64,000 bases of DNA from the NCBI GenBank assembly GCA_051599415.1, contig AP039709.1, positions 124,001 through 188,000 of the forward strand, read 5' to 3'. Below are positions 1 to 9,639 of this stretch, piece after piece (within the stretch, counting starts at the first letter, position 1; each line of letters opens with the position of its first letter). The position numbers and the translations under genes are program-made. The DNA comes from Savitreella phatthalungensis. Its lineage: Eukaryota. The notes below the pieces were generated by a model. It saw only the letters and a program-made list of their open reading frames with translations, made no database searches and had not been told where the DNA came from.

Positions 1-1062
1 TCACCGGCACATCTAGACTTTGTCATCACTGTAGGCGGGACTGACATCCACGACAAGCTCATGCAAGGTACAGGATACGGTCGCTGTGTCGACTTCCTCG
101 CTCCAGGGGACCGCATCCGCACGACAGGCTTCCGAATGTTCCGGTCGCACTGGACGAAACTCTCATATGCTCGGCCGGAGACAGTGTGGTCAGGGACGAG
201 TATGGCTGCAGGCATCGCCGCTGGTGCCATCGCCACATTCCTCCATCCGCTTCGTCGGCTGACGCGTAAGCGTGAGGAAGAGCACCTAATCCACACATAT
301 TCACTGTCCCTCCTCGTCAAGACTTACCTCGCCATCTCAACCTTCGATCTAGAAGACATCCTTCCGCCACCTGCTCCAAACGACGAAATGATCCTGTACG
401 CACCTCCCAGCTTCTTACGCAACCGTCATCGCGACGGTCGTACCCGTGACAGCTCTTTCGACCGTGTCCTCGATACACCTGGCGTCGAGCCAGAAGCTCT
501 AAGTAAAGACAGAGCACTGCGCGACCAAGCAGCCATCCCTCGGCAATACAGCCACAAGCTCCTCGATGCTCAGCGCAACGACCCAAACCGCAAACTGTCC
601 CACATGATTCACCGCTTCCAAAACGGACTCGACCCTTTCGACCAATGGCCCCAGAGAAACCAGGAGCGGACTATGGCGATAATGCGCGCCTGGCGACATG
701 GTGTTGCCTATCAGACCACACGCAAACTCGTCCAGGTGCCCTTCGCTGGTCAACATCCCTTCCAGCCATTCCCGGACTCAGCATTCCCGTTTCCCCACTC
801 CTTCACTGCCGCGCAGCTCGACCTCCAGCTCTCTTGCGACCCGATCTACAACGACAAAGAGCTACACGACAGCGTCGATCGAGCACTCTGCGAGCTCGTC
901 GAAGAACACAAGCGAGCTCAAGCGTCAGCATCCGCATCTGCCGCGCTCGATGTACATGAGCTTACTCCCGTCGCCGACCACAATAATAACGACCCAGAGG
1001 ACCTCCAAGACCCCGCAAGCTCACCCATTCTCCACCGCAGGCCAGTCCGTTCTCACCTATAG
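1..1062 (+). CDS. Subtilisin-like (S8) protease, array copy 1 (5'-truncated by window edge)
   Basis: Frame is open from base 1 (SPAHLDFVITVGGTD...GYGRCVDFLAPG...WSGTSMAAG) and includes the catalytic Ser motif. It shares C-terminal blocks with copies 2-4. Stop TAG at 1060-1062. Confidence 0.9.
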   Translation, partial: SPAHLDFVITVGGTDIHDKLMQGTGYGRCVDFLAPGDRIRTTGFRMFRSHWTKLSYARPETVWSGTSMAAGIAAGAIATFLHPLRRLTRKREEEHLIHTYSLSLLVKTYLAISTFDLEDILPPPAPNDEMILYAPPSFLRNRHRDGRTRDSSFDRVLDTPGVEPEALSKDRALRDQAAIPRQYSHKLLDAQRNDPNRKLSHMIHRFQNGLDPFDQWPQRNQERTMAIMRAWRHGVAYQTTRKLVQVPFAGQHPFQPFPDSAFPFPHSFTAAQLDLQLSCDPIYNDKELHDSVDRALCELVEEHKRAQASASASAALDVHELTPVADHNNNDPEDLQDPASSPILHRRPVRSHL

Positions 1063-1330
1063 CTCGTCCTCAATCTGCATCAAGCCTCCCATATCCATGT
1101 CTATCGAGCATTCCTCAAGTCCGACATCTATCTGGCGCATGACGAGTTCGGCGATACACTGCGTCACGCGACAACAGCTACAGCGAGGCAACTTGTGACC
1201 ATAGCAGCTCGGACTTCTCAATGGCTCCATGTGTCCGACATCACTTTTCAGCATTTGTCACTCGTCGTCCCAACAACGTCTCTCGACAGAAACATCTAAG
1301 TGCGATCCTTGATCTACAGGGCCACCATCC

Positions 1331-3352
1331 ATGAGACACCTTATACCAATATTGTTCCTCATACACACGGCGTCTGCCGAGGACAATGTCGATATAGGTG
1401 ATACTGGCTGCTTCGCATTCGTCCTGTCCTCGGAGCCGCGAGGATTCATCGATTCCCTCCATCCTTCCCTTCGAGATGGGGTCGACCGGCACGCACACAG
1501 ACACGACATCATCTCCGGAGTATATCTACCGCCGAAAGCTCCGAACGCCCTCCGAAGAAGCCTCAGCATGCAGCGTGGTCTTGTCATCTCCCCAGACGAT
1601 AAGCTGCACCCGCACGCCGACCTCGTTCAAGCAGATGCGCCATGGCATCTCACCAGATCCTCCACCTTCGATCGTCTCAGGAACATCGACGACCCAGAGC
1701 TCGCACATCTTCCCTACACTTGGGACAGTGACTGGGCAGGCCAAGGCACGTCGATCTACCTCGTCGACTCAGGCGGCGACTGCTCCTACGATTGGTTCGG
1801 CAACAGATGCGGCATCACAGATATCCCCTGGCCAGGAGAAAACGGCGTCATCCGCACTCGAGATCTCGCTGGTCACGGCACGGCCGTCATGGGCGCCTGC
1901 TGCTCCAGCGTACACGGACACGCTCGGCGCTCCCCACTGCAACCGCTCAGAATTTACGATACCCACATGGAAGGCACCATCCTGCGCTTTGTCGACGTCG
2001 CCAGCTGGATCTTCGAGCAACTCAACCAGAAAATCTCACGTCGAGGCTACCACTCAACTATCCTACTCCTGCCTTCAGGAACGATAGTGCGCAGCGACGT
2101 TCTAGATAGACTCTGCGAGCGGCTCGACAGGGCCGGAGTGCTGCTCGTCACGTCCGCCGGTAACGATGCAATCGATTCCTGTCGAACGTCTCCAGGGCAT
2201 CTCGACTTTGTCGTCACCGTCGGCGCCACCAATCCAGACGATCAGATCATGATCGGTACAGGCTTCGGCCCATGTGTCAATATCCTCGCACCAGGCCAAC
2301 TCATTAGAACCTCGGGATTTCGATCGCTACACAGCAAGTGGTCCGATCTTCGCCATCCTCGCAGCGAATCTGTATGGAGCGGCACTAGCATGGCTGCAGG
2401 TGTCGCTGCTGGTGCTATCGCCGTTTTCCTCGACCCTCTCCAAAGACTCGTCAGCCACCAGCGAGCACACCACAACAGTCGCTCTGTCGCAGAACTCGTC
2501 CACACCTACCTCGCAGTCTCGTCCGCCCAGCTCGACGGTGACGTTCTCCCTCCGCCTCCCGACGAGCGCGACCAACCTCGGTTCCTCCCGCCACAGACAG
2601 TCCGAATGCGGCACAAAGATTTTAGGACGCGCGACTCCGACTGGATCACCGTCCTAGACACCCCCGGTGTGCCCGAGCAGATGCTTGCGATCGATCAGCA
2701 CGCTCGCGAACGTCAGATCCATCCGCGCGCACACGGCAAGCAAAAACGACCTGAGGAAGCGCCAGGCGAAGGGAGCAACCCACGCGAGCCCTTGCCAACC
2801 CTCACACGAGGCAGGGTCTGGTCGCATCGAGGCAAAGCTAGACTACGTCATATCAACGACTGGCCAGTGTCATCCCTCAAATCGATGGAGACTATCTACA
2901 AGCGTTGGCAAGAGGGTATTCTCGAGCACACGACAAGGCTATTCATCCATGCATCCACCAAGCATCCTTTCGCCCCTTCTCCGGAGCAACTCACAGACAA
3001 TGAGCCGCATCACGCATCAGACGCTCACGAAAGCGACGATCCCATGGACGAAGATGACCAGACACACTACCACCAGCGCCCTCACCATCTGGTCCACCAC
3101 GAATCGCATCCATACTTTGATCCCGTTCTCGTTGACCAGACCTGTAACGACGACCCAGACTTTGTCTCTCTGATGGACCGCGCTCTCTGTGCCCTCGTTC
3201 TTGAGAACTCCGCAAAAGCCAGATCTACTTCCTACCGGATCCGTAAAGGCTTGATGCATCGCACGACCATGATGCCGATCGGCAGCTGGCCAACACGCAG
3301 ACCTCCAGGCAGACCTCGGAGGACTCCAATCGCCGTTACACCAACAGCCTGA
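1331..3352 (+). CDS. Secreted subtilisin-like (S8, proteinase K-like) protease, array copy 2
   Basis: Signal peptide MRHLIPILFLIHTASA; mature start QADAPWHL; triad VDSG (D146), GHGT (H182), GTSMA (S353); oxyanion SAGN; about 300-aa C-terminal extension. Confidence 0.92.
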   Translation: MRHLIPILFLIHTASAEDNVDIGDTGCFAFVLSSEPRGFIDSLHPSLRDGVDRHAHRHDIISGVYLPPKAPNALRRSLSMQRGLVISPDDKLHPHADLVQADAPWHLTRSSTFDRLRNIDDPELAHLPYTWDSDWAGQGTSIYLVDSGGDCSYDWFGNRCGITDIPWPGENGVIRTRDLAGHGTAVMGACCSSVHGHARRSPLQPLRIYDTHMEGTILRFVDVASWIFEQLNQKISRRGYHSTILLLPSGTIVRSDVLDRLCERLDRAGVLLVTSAGNDAIDSCRTSPGHLDFVVTVGATNPDDQIMIGTGFGPCVNILAPGQLIRTSGFRSLHSKWSDLRHPRSESVWSGTSMAAGVAAGAIAVFLDPLQRLVSHQRAHHNSRSVAELVHTYLAVSSAQLDGDVLPPPPDERDQPRFLPPQTVRMRHKDFRTRDSDWITVLDTPGVPEQMLAIDQHARERQIHPRAHGKQKRPEEAPGEGSNPREPLPTLTRGRVWSHRGKARLRHINDWPVSSLKSMETIYKRWQEGILEHTTRLFIHASTKHPFAPSPEQLTDNEPHHASDAHESDDPMDEDDQTHYHQRPHHLVHHESHPYFDPVLVDQTCNDDPDFVSLMDRALCALVLENSAKARSTSYRIRKGLMHRTTMMPIGSWPTRRPPGRPRRTPIAVTPTA

Positions 3353-3588
3353 CCATTCCTAACCTCATCATCCGGACCATCACGGGATGCGTGGCATAGC
3401 ACACAACTCCGCTTATCTCGCGTGTCAACCGAAAACGATGCTCATGACTACCAATTCATTCGCGTTCCTATCACTCCGTCGGTCGGCCAGGCACCTCGGA
3501 ACGTTGTTCAGAAACACTCGTCATAGTGTTGTAATGAACGCATGCAGTCTCATTCATCGACCGCCGTCTCCATCACTCATTACTCATC

Positions 3589-5289
3589 ATGCTCCTTCTT
3601 GTCCTTGTCAATCTCCATCAAATGCTATGGTCGAGGATGCTGGCAGAGGCTCGCGAAGGAGCAGCTTCTGACGATCGATTCATTCTCACTCATGCGCAAA
3701 CGCCCTTTCTCGACCTCGTCCACCCATCCCTTCGACATCATGTCCAAACACACACGCAGGATTTCCAAGACGCCATCTCCGGCATCTACCTCCCGAGAAA
3801 CACCACACCATCTCTCCTCGCAAGTCTCAAAGCCCACAGAGGCTTCCTCACGGCCGATAACCCGCAACTAAGGCCAGCAGCCATGGAAATGCAAGTAGAT
3901 GCTTCATGGGCCCTCAAGCGAATCTCTCGGCCAGGTCGATTAAACGTGCCCAGCCCAGCGAGGACCTTCTTCCAATACGCCTTCGACGATGAATGGCAGG
4001 GTGCAGATGCGGTTATCTGGGTGATCGACTCCGGTGTCGACTCCGGTAATCCCGACTTTGGCGAGCGCGTCCTCGTCTCTCCGAGGTCACAGCACAAGCA
4101 GATGCTCGCACGGACGGACTCAACAGGTCATGGTACAGCGGTTGCAGGCGCCTCCGCGTCCACACGCCACGGCATCGCCCGATCAGCGTGGATTAGACCA
4201 GTCAAAGTCCTCGACAACTACTTGCGCGGCAACGTCCTTGACGTCATCTCCCTCGTCACACCCATCCGGACAGCAGGCTGGAAGCTGGCGAACAAGCGCA
4301 ACGCCGTCCAAATCGTCGTCTTCGCAGCCACCGTTCCCATCAATCCGGCACTCGACGTCGCCATCACCAAATTAGATCATTCAGGATTCGTCGTCGTCGT
4401 ACCAGCCTCGAACGAACCCATCGACGCATGCATCCTCTCTCCATCTCACCTGAACGAGGTTATCACCGTCGCAGGCACAACGACCAAAGACACGCTTCTT
4501 GCGGGCAGCGGCTATGGCGCCTGTGTCGACATCCTCGCGCCCGGTCAGAGCGTCAGAGTACCCGGCATCCACGGACTCCCGGCCAGACCTTTCGCCCTCA
4601 ATAGACCAGTGCCTCGAGCACAGTCCGTCTGGACAGGTACGAGTATTGCAGCAGGCTTCGTCGCTGGCGCTATCGCCATCTACCTCAACCCTCTGCGCAG
4701 GCTTTCAACCAGGCCAGAGCCGAACTACGGCGTGTCACTCTCGACCCTCGCACGATCCTACCTCGAAGTCTCCTCGATCGAGCTCCCCGACCAGATCGTC
4801 TCAGAAGGCCTGCCAACTTCCCAAGATATTCATTACATGCTCAGAGGATCCGGATATTCGCATTTGAGCCCTGACGGCCGTATGCGGAACGACATGCCGG
4901 ACAGCGAAGCCTACGTCGTCGGTCGAGTCTTCCCTGAGGATGCCCTCAAGCAGGCTGCAGACTTATACACCGCTTGGGCATCTCGCGCTAGACACTCCAC
5001 CACACGCCGCTTCCTCCAGACCTCTCTCAAACACAACTTTGAGCCGCTTGAGATCCCCCGCGACCCAGCAGCCCAAAGAGCCTACTGCGATGAGCAAGCA
5101 GACTTCAACGAAAGCGTCGAAAGCGCTCTGTGCGAGCTCGACCGCGAGCGAGCAGAACGCGCGCACGAGCGCGAACGCAAACGTCCACGCCCATCAGAGC
5201 AAGCTCATCAGTTACTCCACGCCAGGCCGCCCATCCCGCCTGAGTACAGACCCGTCAGACCAAAGCTCATCAGGCCCCAGCATTCCTAG
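3589..5289 (+). CDS. Secreted subtilisin-like (S8) protease, array copy 3
   Basis: Hydrophobic N-terminus; QVDASWAL; IDSG, GHGT, PASN and GTSIAAG motifs; shared C-terminal domain. Start codon uncertain. Confidence 0.9.
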   Translation: MLLLVLVNLHQMLWSRMLAEAREGAASDDRFILTHAQTPFLDLVHPSLRHHVQTHTQDFQDAISGIYLPRNTTPSLLASLKAHRGFLTADNPQLRPAAMEMQVDASWALKRISRPGRLNVPSPARTFFQYAFDDEWQGADAVIWVIDSGVDSGNPDFGERVLVSPRSQHKQMLARTDSTGHGTAVAGASASTRHGIARSAWIRPVKVLDNYLRGNVLDVISLVTPIRTAGWKLANKRNAVQIVVFAATVPINPALDVAITKLDHSGFVVVVPASNEPIDACILSPSHLNEVITVAGTTTKDTLLAGSGYGACVDILAPGQSVRVPGIHGLPARPFALNRPVPRAQSVWTGTSIAAGFVAGAIAIYLNPLRRLSTRPEPNYGVSLSTLARSYLEVSSIELPDQIVSEGLPTSQDIHYMLRGSGYSHLSPDGRMRNDMPDSEAYVVGRVFPEDALKQAADLYTAWASRARHSTTRRFLQTSLKHNFEPLEIPRDPAAQRAYCDEQADFNESVESALCELDRERAERAHERERKRPRPSEQAHQLLHARPPIPPEYRPVRPKLIRPQHS

Positions 5290-5529
5290 TGACCCATACA
5301 TTGGTCACGAGCTCGCGTGTCCTTACATACAGGCCACACATGGCCATCCGACCTCGGACACCATGCCAGCAAACAGCCCGAGCAAATGTCAGGTGAGTCT
5401 TCCTAACGTGAGAGACCTCCTAAAATCCAACTCACTTGATATCAAACTCAACATCCGACCTTCATCCTGTCACTCATCCACTTCGTGCACTTCTCCAGCA
5501 CCTCAAGCATACCAAGCGAAAGTCTTCGA

Positions 5530-7386
5530 ATGCTATTCCTCGGGACAATCGCGCTCGCTCCGCTACTCAGCAGCAGCGTCATCGTCGTGGGAGCAAGCCG
5601 CCTGTCGGACGAGCGACCAAAGGGTCTTGGCCAATTCGCCGTCACTCACTCAACGCGACAATTACACTCGCTCATCCACCCAACTCTCCGCGAGAAGCTG
5701 TCAGACACCGCTCTAGACTACACAGAAGTCATCAGCGGTGTCTATCTGAGCGAATCGACGTCAGAGGGTTTGCTCCGTTCACTTAACCTCCACAGAGGTT
5801 TCACGACATCCCCAAACTCAAATCTCCAACCTTCTTCACGCCACAACCAGGTCGACGCATCCTGGGCGCTCCACAGGATGACAGGTGTCGAAAGGATCTC
5901 AAACCTCGAGCCAAATCCGGAGGGTCGTGACTTTGAGTATGTCTATGATTACGACTGGCTAGGTCATGAAGCGATCGCCTGGATCGTGGACTCCGGAGTT
6001 GACTGCAGCAACAGAGATTTTTTCTACCGAGCAAAGTGTCGTGAGAAATCGGCCCACAACGCGCTCAGATTACCGTACGACGTCAACGGCCACGGAACAG
6101 CAGTCGCGTCCGCCTTTGGCGCCAATCGCTACGGGATCGCGCGCAGATCTGTCATCCGGCCAGTGCGAATGTACAACGCTCGGATGGAAGCTGATATCCT
6201 CGACTTCATCAAGATCTCTCAGCAGCTGAGGAAATCAATCAACAGAGCTACCCAGAGCAGACCATCCATCTCACACCTCGTCCTCTTCCCCTCGTCCGCG
6301 TCGAGAAACGACGCGCTAGACCTGTCGTTCCTCTACCTCGATCGTGCTGGCATCATGTGCGTCACAACTGCATCGAATCAGCCAGTCGATGCGTGTACGC
6401 TGTCTCCAGCAAACCTAGACTTTGTCGTTACTGTCGGTGCAACGAACGTCGACGACCATCTTCTCGAGGGCACCGGGTACGGCCGATGTGTTGACATCCT
6501 GGCTCCAGGCGACCGAGTGCGCGTGAGCGGTTGGCATGCTCCGGATCCCGTGCAAGACCGGCATCCACGTCCGCCCGCTATCTACAGCGGGAGCTCAATC
6601 GCATCCGCGTTTGTCGCAGGCTACATCGCCACCTGGCTCCAACCCATCAAACACCTCTCCCTGATCCCACACCCGCACAGACAAGCCTCCGTCGCGACCC
6701 TCGTCAAAACCTACCTCGCAGTCTCATCCACAACGCTCAAAAATCAACTCATCCCCATCGACCCATCCACACACCAACCACAACCCCCATCAACCTTGAA
6801 CAGATTCATCATCCCACTCACCCGACCACAGTACTCCGAAGGCCAATCGTTCGGCCCCAAGATCGATCCTATGGCACTACGCGGCCAATACACCACGACC
6901 CTGACCCCACACCAATCGACCGCCTCGGATCCCAATCCCGACTTTGCCGGCTCATCAACAGGGACGACTAGAGCGTACAGCACGATGGACATGCACATGA
7001 CGTACTCGATCTGGGTGGAAGGTGTGATGGAGCAAACGACGCGGTCGTTTGTGCACGTGAGTGAACGCCAGCCGTTTGCTGCGAACGCTGATGGTGAGGA
7101 CGGTGAGGAGGAAGGATACCGGATGACTGGTGCGAGGACGCTAGCGATGCAGAGCTGTGAGGATCTCGCCAACTTCCAGAGAGACGTCGATCGACATCTC
7201 TGCGCACTCGTCACTCAAGCACTACACCAACCACCCTCACCATCACCACCATCGTACCTCCATCTCAGGCCAAGACCACCACACACCTTCCAGCAGTATC
7301 ACCACTTCGTTCCGACTTCAAGAGCCATGCACAAGAAACCGAGAATCCATCATCAGTCCCCCTCACCAGAACCAAGTATAGTATAG
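5530..7386 (+). CDS. Secreted subtilisin-like (S8) protease, array copy 4
   Basis: First in-frame ATG at 5530 gives a signal-like MLFLGTIALAPLLSSSVIVVGA. Motifs VDSG, GHGT, TASN and variant GSSIAS; shared C-terminal domain. Confidence 0.88.
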   Translation: MLFLGTIALAPLLSSSVIVVGASRLSDERPKGLGQFAVTHSTRQLHSLIHPTLREKLSDTALDYTEVISGVYLSESTSEGLLRSLNLHRGFTTSPNSNLQPSSRHNQVDASWALHRMTGVERISNLEPNPEGRDFEYVYDYDWLGHEAIAWIVDSGVDCSNRDFFYRAKCREKSAHNALRLPYDVNGHGTAVASAFGANRYGIARRSVIRPVRMYNARMEADILDFIKISQQLRKSINRATQSRPSISHLVLFPSSASRNDALDLSFLYLDRAGIMCVTTASNQPVDACTLSPANLDFVVTVGATNVDDHLLEGTGYGRCVDILAPGDRVRVSGWHAPDPVQDRHPRPPAIYSGSSIASAFVAGYIATWLQPIKHLSLIPHPHRQASVATLVKTYLAVSSTTLKNQLIPIDPSTHQPQPPSTLNRFIIPLTRPQYSEGQSFGPKIDPMALRGQYTTTLTPHQSTASDPNPDFAGSSTGTTRAYSTMDMHMTYSIWVEGVMEQTTRSFVHVSERQPFAANADGEDGEEEGYRMTGARTLAMQSCEDLANFQRDVDRHLCALVTQALHQPPSPSPPSYLHLRPRPPHTFQQYHHFVPTSRAMHKKPRIHHQSPSPEPSIV

Positions 7387-7438
7387 TGACGCGGCATTAC
7401 CACACACGCAGGCGTCTGTAGATGATTATCATGACACT

Positions 7439-9016
7439 TTAGGATGAGGGTCGATCTACGACGTAGTTGAAGGTGTTGGTGTTGTTGTTGGACCAGCCTG
7501 GTGCTTGGATGTCGCTCCTGGGTAGACCTGTGTGAGATGTGGTGGTGTTGGTGTTTAGGGCGAGGTTGTTGAGTCTCCTGTTGGCGACGTCTAGAGCGAC
7601 CTGTCTCTCGAAGGCTGCATTGGTAGCACGCTTCCACCGAACCACAACCTTGTCCACGTTCTCCGTCATCGCAGCCCTCAACACCAACCCACCCACAACC
7701 ACCAGCACAGGCAAGTACCCAAACGAGATCGTCCACCCGACATTCACTTCCGGATTGATCGGCGATACCGTGTACTCGGAAGCACTCGCGTTCGCCCAAC
7801 CAACACGCACCAGCAGCACACCCAAGCTCACAAGCACACACCCGCAGTGGATAGCCGACCATGCTGGAGGTTTGTAGGTGTCGAGGAATGCGGTGGTCGA
7901 TGTGACTGATTTTGAGTCGGCTGGAGCGACTGTGCCTGGTCTCGATCTCGGCGCGGTATTTGTGGAGATGCGTACGTCTTTGAGGGTGGATACGCGACGG
8001 GTGTGCGAGCGCACGTTCTTGCTCGATGGCTTTGTGGCGTCAAAGTCTGCGGGTAGGGTGTCGTCGAGGTCGCCGCCGTCGAGAGTGGCGCTGCTGCCAT
8101 CGGAGACCTGTGAGATGTGCGGGCCTGATGGAGCTTTGGAGATCTCAGTCATGACGACACCGTTGTCATGGTCCTCGGCGTTGTCGGGTTTCCCTTTGCG
8201 GCGCCAGTCGATGAACGGTCGCGTCGCATACCAGCAATTTGCAAACATCCACACGTTGATGCCCCATGCCACAATGGAGAAGATGGCACCGAGCTTGAAT
8301 CGTGCATCGGTCGCCTTTGCAATGTCCCCCCGATAGGCGTTTCCGAATGATCTTAGACTCGTCAGAAACAAAGCGATGAAGTCTGCGGCGTAGAATCCCA
8401 AAGGCATCCAGAAGTGGATTTTCGACGTCCGCAATTTGTCGTGCTCGGCCACCGCGACGTGAGGCCGCTCAGCACGGTAGTGGTCAAACTGGATCTGCGC
8501 CCAGTTTCGCGTGAGCTCCCAGACAGCGGCCTGCGCTGTCGCTAGTGAAGCCGGGAAGAATAGGCACCAGGCGCCCGTACTGCCACCCTGGACAACAGCA
8601 CGATCGATATCGATCGCGAAGAAACTGCTGGCGACGACAATAGCACTCGTGATGATCCCCCAGTAGAACTCCCACCGCTTTCCGTACGGATACAGGATGC
8701 TCTTGCGAGAGTAAGCTCGGCGGCCGTGTTTGTAGCATGCCGCGCACAGCATCGGGATCAGGATGATGAAAATTGCAGCAAACACTATGCCCGTAATTGC
8801 ATGCGATGCTAGTGGTTCGAGCGGGGAAGCGCAGCCTGTCCCATTCACAACAGTTCCGTTGTCGAAGATGAGCGGGATATAGCCTGGACGGACGATGTAG
8901 CATGCAGAAGCGTTACTCAGCGTCCCATTTGGGTAGAGTGTTCCGTTAGGATAACTGTCTGTGTAGTTGTAGTGACGCCAGACAGGTATCTGGCTGTCAT
9001 TGGCGTAAGGCATCAC
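7439..9016 (-). CDS. Fungal multi-pass membrane protein, DUF2434-like
   Basis: N-terminal YPNGTLSNASACY...NGTGCASP with N-glycosylation sequons; GKRWEFYW and IDIDR motifs; several hydrophobic segments. Confidence 0.7.
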   Translation of the reverse strand: MMPYANDSQIPVWRHYNYTDSYPNGTLYPNGTLSNASACYIVRPGYIPLIFDNGTVVNGTGCASPLEPLASHAITGIVFAAIFIILIPMLCAACYKHGRRAYSRKSILYPYGKRWEFYWGIITSAIVVASSFFAIDIDRAVVQGGSTGAWCLFFPASLATAQAAVWELTRNWAQIQFDHYRAERPHVAVAEHDKLRTSKIHFWMPLGFYAADFIALFLTSLRSFGNAYRGDIAKATDARFKLGAIFSIVAWGINVWMFANCWYATRPFIDWRRKGKPDNAEDHDNGVVMTEISKAPSGPHISQVSDGSSATLDGGDLDDTLPADFDATKPSSKNVRSHTRRVSTLKDVRISTNTAPRSRPGTVAPADSKSVTSTTAFLDTYKPPAWSAIHCGCVLVSLGVLLVRVGWANASASEYTVSPINPEVNVGWTISFGYLPVLVVVGGLVLRAAMTENVDKVVVRWKRATNAAFERQVALDVANRRLNNLALNTNTTTSHTGLPRSDIQAPGWSNNNTNTFNYVVDRPSS

Positions 9017-9639
9017 AAGGACAATCTAAAGCACCGTTGGCTGCGATTACGGTCTATAGTCACGTGGACATAAGCACAGAGTGATAGCACGCGACCCTTA
9101 ATGATCTCTCAGCGGAGTAGGAAGAGGATTCTACTGCGTTGTAGACCGTTCTGAAGGTTGTGTTGAAGAAAGATGTCGTTGTTTGTGCAAGGCTGTGATG
9201 ATGATGGTGGATGACTCTTTGTACTAGGCTGCTTTGAAATGCCTTCGGGGAATTTTGGTTGATTTTTGTGTGACGTCTGACTTGTGCAACCGTTGATTAC
9301 ACGTGTAATTAAAAAACTGATCAATTCATTAATTTTATCGTTTCAGTTTTAAGAAAGTCATTAATTTTGTAATCTCTTCCGTCTTCCACCCACTGCCAGG
9401 ACATGGACATGCCGGGATTGAAGGCAGTCAAGGGCATCGTACAGCCCAGTTGTCATCCTGGATCAGCTTCTCGGGGGTCTACAGAGACACGAGTAGTTCC
9501 TCTTATCAGTTATTGTCCTCCGAATGCCTTGCCTTCTACCTTGATCGTAACTCATATCCCTGTTCTACATACTCTTCACTTCCTCTCCTGCCGTTCATCG
9601 CTAGCCTTTCGATCAGCCTCCCTCTCGACCGCTCTCACC

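Noticed and set aside
5363..5498. Possible upstream coding exon and GTGAGT intron for protease copy 4
   Set aside because: Splicing to the CAG at 5498 is out of frame with the protease. At most a 5' UTR intron.
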